Assembly (NCBI RefSeq): GCF_018350175.1
Contig: NC_058369.1
Coordinates: forward strand, 16,990,001-17,054,000
Direction of reading: 5' to 3'
Length of the DNA: 64,000 nt
From: Felis catus
Taxonomy: Eukaryota
Each line of letters starts with the position of its first letter. Position 1 is the first letter of the stretch. The translations under genes were made by a program, and so were the position numbers. Below the pieces are notes generated by a model. The model saw only the letters and a program-made list of their open reading frames with translations, searched no databases and was not told the origin of the DNA. Of this stretch, positions 38,385 through 48,774 are shown piece by piece.

Positions 38385-41057
38385 AAACAGACGTCCCATG
38401 AAGTGGGCAGAGCAGCGCTAAGGTCCATGATATAAACAAGGCAACCAGGGCACTGAGAAACTGAGTGAACTGGTCATTCCCATGAGTATGAAGTGACTGC
38501 GGAGGGTGGGAACCCTGGCTTTCCCCCTCGCAGCCTCAATGACAATCACAGGATTCTCTCAGCTCCCCCTGCCCTTGGCTCTGGGTGAAAGACAAGATAA
38601 TAGGACCTCTGGCTCCAAAAGCAGTCAATCCACTCTGCACGTGAGAACCTATCTTGCTGTTCTGCAGTCCCATCTAGTTCACCAGGCTATCCAGACGCCA
38701 AAATGTAAGGAAGTGACAGACAAGGACGAACACAAAGATGGATGTACATTCCCCTCCTATCGCAGCCCCCAAAATTCTGCCCCTAAAGCTTCGTGTCCTA
38801 TTACCATGAGAAATGTCAGGAAAGCACAGTGAGAATCAACCCTCTGGGTGGGTTTTAGTCCTTTTGTTGAGTGACTTTCTCTTGCCCTTGGGGACATTCC
38901 CAGGCTCCAACTCTTCCAATGACATTGCTGTTTCCATGGGAACCAGGCTGCTTCAAAGAGGAAAGATGTGGAAGGATACAGAAGCAGGCAAATGAGGGAG
39001 GACATGAACCTCAGGGTGAATGACAGACAAGAGAAAAGGGGTCCAGGAATGGGGAAATTAAGCATTGGAGAACTGGGCTCCTCCACCTCCGGAATAGGGT
39101 GGGGAGATGTGACTTAACAGGAAATTCTTTCTTTTCCAACTGACCCTCTGCAGTCCAGGGAGGCTATGTGTCTGGGGAGGGCGGGGAAAGAAGATCCTGC
39201 TAACTTGCTGCTCTGGAGAAGTTCTGCTGTAGCTCCGATCATTTCCCTGCAGTGGGCCAGGGCGGCGGAGACAAAGGCATGCTGCAGTCTGCAACTGAGG
39301 GCTTGGCAGTCTCCTGTGAGTGGAATGCAAAACAGTTTCCGGGCCACAGCCGAGCCTGGTTGTGCACAGTGGGAGGAGGAGGCTCTGGGGGAGGAGGGGG
39401 GAGGCCGGAGAGTGACCCCGGGATGGAAGGTGAGCAAGGGGGGGGGGAGCTGAGGGGGTGGGGAAGGTGGGCGAGGGGAGACTTATGGAAAAGCCCTTCT
39501 GAGGCAGGACCCACTGGAGGGTCCCTGGTCAGCACACCCACCCAGCTTACTAAGGGCAAGCTTAATTTCTCACTGGGGCGTCCCAAGAGCTCCAGGAGGT
39601 TCTGGGACCTTTTCTAGCTCTCCAGAAGCAGTAAGGACCCTACATTTCATACTGTGATAGGAAAAGACTACTTTGAAGGTGAAAATGCGGGCCTCCGATA
39701 GGATGGAAGATAATGATTTCACTGCTCCCAGGCTAAAATCATCACTGTAGTTCCCCTAACGAAAGCTTGAGGAGCAAAATCACAGGGTTTCCACATATTT
39801 CTGGTAGCCCTTAACCAACAGGCAAGGTCTTGTTGCCATAATTTCTTGATCATGGTTCCTTTTAGCAATGACTGGACTACTCCAATCAGAACCGTGTGGG
39901 CACATCCTATATGACTGACCCTAATCATCTCACGATCATTTATATGAAAGAAGGAACTAGAAGTCAAGCTTTAATGCCAAAGGCACAACATTCACACCTT
40001 CTACATGTTATTCTTCTATCAGAACATCAAGACCTACAGAATTTGAATTCTTTACACACCTCCAAAAAAAAAAAAAAAAACCAAGAAAGAGAAACATCAG
40101 GAATGACATTTAAAGAGACCCCCAGCTTACAGAAATTCTCCTCCTAGGACCAATGGAAACAGGTACCAGAGGAATCTGGGGGTTCTACTCTACTTCTAGG
40201 GCCTGTAGAGGATGGAGACAAGGAAACTATCCACATCACCCCTGACTTGTGATTCTTCCACAAAAAGCCAGTGAGCTCTCATGCCATGATGGCAGGTGTA
40301 TGAGGTATTCCTGAGGTGGCATGGGATGGTGGCTACAGTCTATGTCCTTAGAGACACTAACCTCTCTGGGTCTTCAAAACATTCTGCACTGGGTATCCCA
40401 AGGAAGACAAAAATCAAGGTAGAAGGGAAAAATCCACTACCCCAAATTAAGAGACCCTACCACATCTGATATGCCAGGAAAGATACTTTGTTTGACTTGA
40501 CCTTTTTGAATGGCTGCTTTTGGGGTCTGCTCCCAATGAGAAGGTCCTCACTCTGACTTTACATGCCCACCTCCCTACACATGCCCTGCAGGGAGATAGG
40601 GTCTTCCTCTAGCCACACACATGGCTCAGGGGGAGTGCTCCGCAGCCATCTTTCTTCCAGAGTAGGCTTATAGGCCTACTTTTTCTGCTAGCATGGCCGG
40701 AACTCTCCAACGAAACACCTGAAGCCAGTAAAGACCTCTTTCCAAAACCCTTAGAGAAGTCCCCTCCCTTTGCCTTTGTAAAGCTTAGTGGTTTGGTAAA
40801 GAAAACACGCTTGGAGGAAATACAAAATCTTATTTCTGAGGAATCTCTCCTTGTGATGAGATCACAGGAAGTACATTTAAGAAGTAGTTCCCCATAGAAG
40901 ATATCTGAGTGAACGTCTCTTGATCCTCTTGGCCTGGGAACACACAACCTCTTGGAAGTTGTGCCTATCACATCCCCCTCTTTGCTGAGTCTGCCTCACA
41001 TACACTCTTCAGGAGTTCTTTTACAAGCCCCTGTGCACCTGCCTGCCACACCCTTAC

Positions 41058-42168
41058 CTGCAGAAGGCCCCTATGTTCTCCACCAGGTAGCACTGGCCGC
41101 CATTGTGACAGTAACTTGGAAAGAGGTCGCACACTGACCGGCAGGAGCCGTTATGTCGCACAAAGCCGCTGCGGCACTCAGTGCCATTCTCGCTTGGGGT
41201 CAGGTCCCTGCCTGGCTCTCCAGGGCGGGGCCTGAGGGCGATGCTGCTGCCAGGGACCATCCCCAGAGTATGCTGTGGGGGCACAGCATGCCACCGACTG
41301 GTAGGCTGGCCAGTCCCGGGCCCCAGACCAGGCTTCTCGGTAGGCACCAGAAGGTCACTTTCATCTTCCAGGTCTTCACCTCCCGCTGCATCCTTGTCAT
41401 CCTCTTCCTCCTCCTCTTCATCAAGGTCATCATAGAAGGATGTGGTGGGGTAGAAGTCAGATTCATCAAAGGGGGTGAAGTCATCGTATAAGTCAAGCAG
41501 GCTCCAGGAAGGGGTCTCTCCCCCAGTATCAGGGTGGTGCTCTGAGGTTCCTGGCGACCCTGGGAAGCTCTCCAGGTCGGCACCACGGCCCTCACCATCC
41601 AATCCTTCGAAGTAGTCGATGTCAATTATATCTGACACTGGCTGGGGCTCCATTGTGCCCTGAAAGGGGAATGTGGGCTCTGGCCCATGAGGGTCATGTG
41701 TGCTGCCTCCCAGGTTCAACCAAACCTCCAAGGGACTCTCCTTGGGGTGTTCTGGGCCGGGGCTCAGCATGTCGCCAGGTGTGGGGGAGGGTGGTCTGCT
41801 GGCCTCTGTAGCCTTGGGGATGGAGGGGGCCATCGATGACTGTCCCAGGGCCTCCTTGGGAGCCGGGAGCGTAGCTGGAAGGGCCTGGGTGTCGCCGCTG
41901 CCGGCCTCTGCGGTCACTCCACCCAGGCCAGGGCTGTCAGCCTCCAGCCAGGGTGCGCCGGTCACCGCTGCCGACGCCTCCAGCACCTCCTCTGGCCCGA
42001 CACTAGGCCCCATCATGGCCTGCTCACCGCCAGGTGCGGTCCACGAGGTCTCGTCTTCCTCAGCTGCTGGTGGGCCGGCCTTCTCCCTCGTTTCGTTGGC
42101 AGTCGGCTCCCTCGCCAGGATGCTCTTCACCTGCTCGTGGGCCTCGACGGCGCTGCCAGCCTCACGGG
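41058..42168 (-). CDS. CSPG5: CSPG5 exon 2: chondroitin-sulfate attachment region, acidic stretch, first part of EGF-like domain
   Basis: Acceptor ctccctccacag|, donor AG|gtaagg. Translates AREAGSAVEA...AGSGD...DDLDEEEEEEDDKD...CDLFPSYCHNGGQCYLVENIGAFCR (covers ORF 41054..42130). 1111 nt. Confidence 0.97.
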
Positions 42169-42769
42169 CTGTGGAGGGAGGTAGGGGGCGCGGCGTCAGG
42201 GCCCCGCCCCCCGCCCACCCGAAGAGACCAATTCAAGGTTTCCCAAGGGCCCGCCCCCACCCCGCCCGGGCCCTTTTCTCGCTCAGGCCCCGCCCCTCGG
42301 CCATCATACCCCGCCCCCGGCAAGCCCGCAGTGTAACCGCGGCGGCTCCCACCTCCCGCCCAAGGCGGAGGTTTTACCCTCAGAGCTCCACCTCACCTCC
42401 AGACCCCGCCCTAAAGTCGCACCCTCAGGGTCCCGCCCCACGCCAGGCCCCGCCCCAACTCTCATCCTCATGGCCCCATCACCTCAAGGTCCCGCCCCGA
42501 AGTCTCACCCTCAGGCCCCTCCCACCCAGGCCCCTCCCCCAACCGGCACCTCTGTCCGGACACCCGGGCCGGGGCCGCCCCCAACCCCTCGGCCTCCCCC
42601 AAGTATCCCACCTCTTCGCGCGCCCCTTCCCCCGCCCCGGTCGCGGGCAAGGAGCTGCCCCGCCCCCTTGCCACAGCTCGCTAACTCCGCCTGTACCCGA
42701 GGCCAGCGGGACCCTGGCCCAGGGTGGGGCGCGAGGGCCGCGGGGGTCCTGGTCGCAGTCGGTACCTAC

Positions 42770-42866
42770 CCGGCGCGGCCCGGGCGGCGAGGACCAGCGC
42801 GGTCCCCAGAAGCAGCAGCAGAGGCGGCGGCCCCCGGCCCGGGCCCCCGCCCCCGGCTCGGCCCAT
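42770..42866 (-). CDS. CSPG5: CSPG5 (neuroglycan C) exon 1, coding part; signal peptide
   Basis: ATG at 42866 in strong Kozak context (gcgccATGG). Encodes MGRAGGGGPGRGPPPLLLLLGTALVLAARAAP, matching the CSPG5 N-terminus. Followed by donor G|GTAGGT; 97 nt, phase 1. Confidence 0.95.
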
Positions 42867-42959
42867 GGCGCGGCGCCCCGACCGCTGTCCGCGGTCTGCC
42901 CGGCTGGCTGCGCCCTCGGCTCACCGGCCGCCGCGCCTCCCGCCCGCGCTGCGGCCGTC

Positions 42960-42992
42960 TCAGCCCACGATGGGCAGCGCGAGAAGCCGCAT
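42960..42992 (-). promoter_or_regulatory. Upstream ORF (MRLLALPIVG*) in presumed CSPG5 5' leader
   Basis: ggcggcggcATG CGG CTT CTC GCG CTG CCC ATC GTG GGC TGA, ending 93 nt before the main ATG. The TSS cannot be determined from sequence. Confidence 0.55.
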
Positions 42993-45900
42993 GCCGCCGC
43001 CGCCGCCGTCCGCCGCTGTCCCCGGAGCGCCGCGCCTCCCCGCCTCCCCGCGCCGCCGCTGCCGCGCTCAGCGCCGCCCCCACCCCGCCCGCCGCGCCCG
43101 CCCCGCCGCACGTAGCTCTGACGCCGGCCCCGCTCGATCTGCCTGCCGGGGACAGACAGACCCCCGGCTCGGGACGCCGAGACAAACGGACGTGGAGTAG
43201 CGCGGGTGCGGAGCACAGCGCCGTGCGTGGCGTTAGCCGACAGGTGCACGGGCGGGAGACCTGTGGGGCGGGGCCCGCCCTCCCCGTGGAGAGCTGGCAC
43301 GGGCCCCCCACCTGCGAGGAACCCACCCGCCACGCGGCGAGCACGGAGGCGGGGGCCCAGACACCCGCAAGCTTGGGGCGGGGCTCGGAAGGGCCGCAGG
43401 GGGCGGAAGCCCGAGCTGGAGCTGTGGAAATGAGCCGAGCCCGGGGTGCACGGACCTCTCAGATTTCTGCGCCAATGCCGTGTTCGGGGAGGGGAAGGGT
43501 CTCGGGGAGGTCTGCGGGTGTCCACGAGGGCGGGGCGGGCGCTGGCAGCGCCAGGCAAGGGGGCGAAGCCGACGGCCCGGGCTCTAATCGGATCAGACCT
43601 AATCCGTCCATAGCCAAAGCCCATACCTTGCACAGCCAGGCCCGCCGCAACGCATCCCAGGGGCAGGGGGCAAGACCTTCCTCAGACTGCGACTACCCCA
43701 CCTTCCTTCTTGCCTCTTCGGGGCAGCCTAGACAGCGGCCTTTAATCCTGGTCCCTTCCTCCCAGGATACATCACCGCCCATGTGCTCCAGGTCACCAAA
43801 GTTAAAGCTCCTGGACAGACCCAAATAGCCTAGATCACAGCCTATGGACGCGCGGGCACCAGGCCCAGCGTTAGAGTAGTCTGCGGGCCGTCCAAAGCTC
43901 AGTTCGGCCAGGGACCCCTCATCCCCAGAGCCCTGCTTGGCTGGAGAGTTGTGGCCTAGTTACCTAGTTTATTGCCCAAAGCAACCGTCTACCTCCTGAT
44001 GTGCTAATGACCCGAATGATGACATTCAGGGTCAACTTTAGACGTGACACCCCTGGTATTTGAGACACTCCCATCTCTGTAACTGGGCAGCCACATAGAT
44101 GGCTAAATTGGAGAATCTATCCCTTAATGTCCTAGCGTGTGGCTCTGGATGGGATTTCCTTGGTTCAAAGTGTGTTTCTCTCACTGAAACAACTACTGCA
44201 GCGGTCTGTTAAGCAGGCCTGGTGTTCCCTTCCTTCCAGGTCTGCCTGGCAAACTCCTTACCCCAGAAAGCTCAGTTCCTGTCACCTTTTGCCTCTGCGA
44301 ACCTGTCACTGAATTGTCTACGATAATTCCCCACTGGATTGCAAGGCACTTTGCACAGGGTCAGGCACAGGGAGGCTCCCTGAGGTGTAGAAGCATAAAC
44401 AAATGAATGGCAACCAGGTACTCCCACCCCAGAACCATAGGTCTGGAGCTTTCCGCAAAGGGGCTGACTTCCTGAGGCTCTTTCCACTTGGCTTCTTGCT
44501 GCCTCTGGGGACAGTAAATACCAGTTTGGAACAACCACCTTCTCTGAGCAGAGGGTCAGGCTGGGCTTTGTACTTGTTGGTTGGCCACAGAGGCACTAAT
44601 ACAGCCTCCAACCCCATCTCGCTTCCCTTGTCTGTAGCTTATCCCTGTATCTTCTTTTTTGGCCTATGTACATGTTTTTAGGCGTTCCTCTGCTTCTCTG
44701 TGTCTCCTGGACTCTTGAGTGGTGGTTTGTCAGAGTGGAGGATATTGGTGGACACATCTATCTCCTCCTTCTTGAGGCCAGTCTGTGTGGGAAGGATGCC
44801 TCAAGGATGGGTCCCTTTGAGGTCTGGGGTATGACAACTACTCGCATGTTTTTCATAAGGTCTGAACGGGGCCATTCTTCCACTTCTTTGTTAAGACTCG
44901 AGCTACTTGTTTTTCGTTTTAAAATATTTTATTAAATATTTAAATATATTTTTATTTTCAATTAAAAATTTTTTTCAGTAGGCTCCACGCCCAGCCTGGG
45001 GTCTGAACTCACAACCCCAAGATCAAGAGTTGCATGCTCCACCAACTGAGCCAGCCAGACACCCCTTAAGTTCAATTTTTGAATTATAACGAGCATATGG
45101 TATAAAATGAAATATGGAAAGTCTCCTTCCTCAACGACCTTCTTCCCTTCCTGGGAGACAAATTTTAACCTTCTTCATTTTGGGATTTTAAATCAATGGT
45201 TGCCACTCACTTTCATTCTGATCCTCCCTAGCAGACCTCACCAGCAGTTTCAGAACTCAGCACAGCATACCTGGTTTGGTGACACCTCTGAGATGGATGG
45301 AAGCTCATCACGCAATGGGGTGTGACACAGCAGGATTCAGCATCAGATCTGTGTGACCTTGGGAGAGTCAGTAACTCAACTCACATATGTTGAAAGTGGT
45401 AAACATAGTGTCCAGTGAATGCAATACTTTTTCTGGGCACAGTGGTTAAGACATAGGAGTGAAAGAAAAGGAAAATTAGCTCTATCTAGAACTTGTGCCC
45501 ATGTCCATTCAAGTTTTTTGCATTTGGGCATTAGGGATGCTCTATGAAGATTCCATATGCCTCGGAGGTTCCTATTGGGTTTGGCAACCTGCCTCCAGTA
45601 CCAAAGCAGGCACAAGGCCCATTGCCATGGCTACAGCCTGCCTCCATGTGCACAGAAAGCCTCTAGCTTAACTAGGGGGCTGTCCGGGGCAGGAGCCGCT
45701 CTGGTTGCCATGGCTGGGACATACTTTCATCGGGACAGGATGCAGCATGGTTCCTCAGTAGTAACTACTGTCATTTTAGTTTTCCTAGTACCGTACTCTA
45801 ATTTGTCTCGTTCTTCACCATCATGCTACAAATACCTTACCATTTTGCACATTTGCACACTGACACAGATTGGTAAGGCCAGGACTTACACTAAGATCTT

Positions 45901-47829
45901 GATTTCAAACCTTTTCATTCTTGCTTCATTTCATAAGAGTGATCAGGATGCAGAGGTCAGGCCTCACTTGGCAGAATGGAAGCCCTGCCTCTCTTCTCAA
46001 CCCCAACACCCACACCTGGGCGTTGAAACATTAATGCTATGATTTCTTAACAGGGTAGAGTGTGACAATAATCCAGACTCGTGTCCTAAGTCAGAGTCAG
46101 AAAGGGCCATCTAGCATGGCCTCTCCCCTGCCAGGAGAGTTCTGGGCTGCAGGACAGTCAGCTCTGACCACTTTGGAGGATGGGCTGCTGGTAGTGGACC
46201 TTCTTGCACTATTACCAGGAAGAAGGGAAGAACCAAGGGCCAGGGACTTGAGTTATTTGCGCTGACAACCACCTCCTCACGCAGGAACTGGGTTCTTCTC
46301 AATTGTACAAGTATTGATCCTAGAAAAGCATGTGACAATTTAGAGGTGGGCATCTTGTCCAGGCAGGCAGTGGGTTTGCTGCAAGACTGCTGCAAAAGCC
46401 CCTGAATTTCATTACCCTAAAGCCAAGTCATTTGGGAGAAAGCCACACAGCACAAGCCAACACAGCACCAGATATGGAGCAACTAGGCCTCTCCCAGCTG
46501 GCGACCTCTCCAAGTGCTTCTCAGGAACCCCACAGCTACTGTACAATAAGCAGACCGGAAAAAGGAATGCCAGTCAATCTGGATGGCCATGGGAAATCCC
46601 TAAGTGGCAGGGCCACATCAGCCATGGAAATCAGCTTGTGCAACGGGGTTATTACCACCCAATGTCACTGCTGCTTCCTAACTCCCTCAGGAACCATCTG
46701 GTGGTAGTGAGAGCACCTTAGGTGGGAGGTTGCCATAGAAGAGAGTGGGGGGTATTTTCTTTCCTCAGTTGTCTGAAGGTGGTGGTCACAGTGCTGTATT
46801 AAGGCATGGCTATTTTGCTGAAGTCTACAAAGGGTATACCCTAAAGGTCTGTAGTGGAAGCGCCTCGAGAGGCCTCTGGGGACACAAGAGAATAAAGATG
46901 GCTCTAGTTCTTCAAGGCAGGTGAGGAACAGGAAGAGGGGATCAGAAAAGGCTCTCCCTCCTTGGGGTCTCATGAGTTGGGAGAGGGCTGGGGGATCCGC
47001 GGGGAGAGCTAGCTCGAGCTGTTTTTGGAACCTCTGATTAAGCTGATTCACAGGACTCTCCCCCTTTAGTCACTACTGTCTCAGCTCTGGTTTCAAGTTC
47101 AGGGTCAAAGGTGCTTCCTAATAGGAGAGGTGGCAGGCCTAAAAACAAGCCACAGGGAAATGAAGTCCAGGGGGGGCCATTCACAAGGAGACCCAACATC
47201 AGGACTCCTGGGCTTCCATCCCATTCTGCAAGGTGACTTTCTTGGATGGACATAACCCATTAACAGGGGATCAAAGTACTTTGACCTTGTCCCCAAGAAG
47301 TCCTCTGTCAACAGGAGCAACTGAAGTGCCATCATGTTCCAGGAACGGTTGAACAGAAAGCAGCGGGGTTTCCGTAAAGACATCTCAGGGCTGGCACTGC
47401 ATATCCAGACAAAAGGGTGCTCTATTAGGATGAGGTCTTCCTGGAAAGATGAACCCTCCTCGGGTTACCACATCCAGCGGGACAGGACAGGACAGAAATT
47501 GTGAAAGCACATACAATTCACAGACTATTTACCTTACCCCCCAGAAAGCTCAATTACACCGTTCCTTTTTCTTCAGGAACACTTGGCACTCTCTAAAAAA
47601 TCCCATTTCTTACTAGCTACTTTGGGTCTGGTATTCCTCCACCTCATAAGAGCATAAGCAGCCTGGAGTGCAGTGACCTTGCCTACCTTATTCATAGTTA
47701 TTATTTCATGGCATGCAAGGTCCAATGCCTGGCACATAACGCCTGCAAATGTTAACTGGGCTGATGGAGCTCACAGGATGGACTGTCAGGAACCGTAGAG
47801 ATCTTGCTCTACCATACAGCCTTCCTAAG

Positions 47830-48015
47830 TAGTGGTTCTCAAAGGGTGGTCCTTTGACCAGGTGCATCAGGATCCCCTGGGACTATGTTAAAAACACAAA
47901 ATTTCAGAACTCACTCCAGACTTACTGAATCCGTTCTGAGGGCGGGGCTCAACTGCTTGCATGCGAAAAATCCTATCGGTGACCCTGATCCATACTGAGG
48001 TTGGAAAACTGCTGT
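47830..48015. mobile_element. MER5A-like hAT-Charlie fossil
   Basis: agtggttctcaaagggtggtcc...ccagacttactgaatc...ttggaaaactgctg. Confidence 0.75.
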
Positions 48016-48774
48016 CCTTAATCACATCTGGGGGAACCACACCACAGTAAGGATCTGAGGAGACTGTGAGATTGATTGATTGTACATGTCCTGTTACGCT
48101 TTAAATAGAACTCACACTCAAGTTTATAAACCAGTCTTTAACTTGGATCAAGGATTAACCTCCTTCATCACCCTCGGGTAGCAATGGAACTCTGGGGGAC
48201 CCCGCTGGCCTGAACACCCCTTACTGGAGGGAAGAGTTGGAACAGGTCCGAAAGCAAAGCACAACTGGCCCGGCACACTTCTGGGAGAAGCCGAACGTTC
48301 ACCTCTCTGCAGACCCAGATTCCACTTTTTTTGCCTCACTGGGTTCATAAGCATCTTGAAGGCAATGGCTTCTGTCTTCTGCCTTCTGCACAGGGTTTGC
48401 ATCTGTGGGTGCTCAAAGGCTGTCCTTAAAAGTGTATCAAGGTTCACAGAATTAACTGCCCTTAAGGCCTGCCTCCAACTTGAGGCTGTCTACACTGCAT
48501 CCTGACATTCTCTAGCTTGCCAAAGCAAAACTACTCATTCTTCTCTTGGCAGGGTCAGGATGTTGGCCATACTCCTTTCTTCATTTTTACCGTGGAAACA
48601 AACAGTGGGCAAGGCACATTTAACTGTGTACTCCTTAAGTGTCATGAAATGGTCAGTCAGGAGGCCCCGAATCACTGAACTTTAATTGCTGACCAGGACT
48701 GGGTGGGGCTGAATATTTAGGTTCTTCATAGGACACATGAAGAGACTGATGTGTGAATGCAGAGAATGGGACTA

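Larger units (their letters stand above)
42150..43650. promoter_or_regulatory. CpG island / promoter of CSPG5
   Basis: Very high GC and CpG density with many GGGCGG/CCCGCCCC (Sp/KLF-type) boxes around exon 1 and intron 1. Confidence 0.9.

Noticed and set aside
41995..42025. Extra residues (QAMMGPSV) in CSPG5 exon 2 relative to my recollection of the human protein
   Set aside because: In-frame, and as I recall rodents have a similar longer segment, so it is probably ancestral rather than novel.
41700..43828. Long overlapping ORFs (471, 452, 384 aa) around CSPG5 exons 1-2
   Set aside because: Expected stop-codon depletion in a CpG island and antisense to real coding sequence; low-complexity Pro/Arg/Ala/Gly content.
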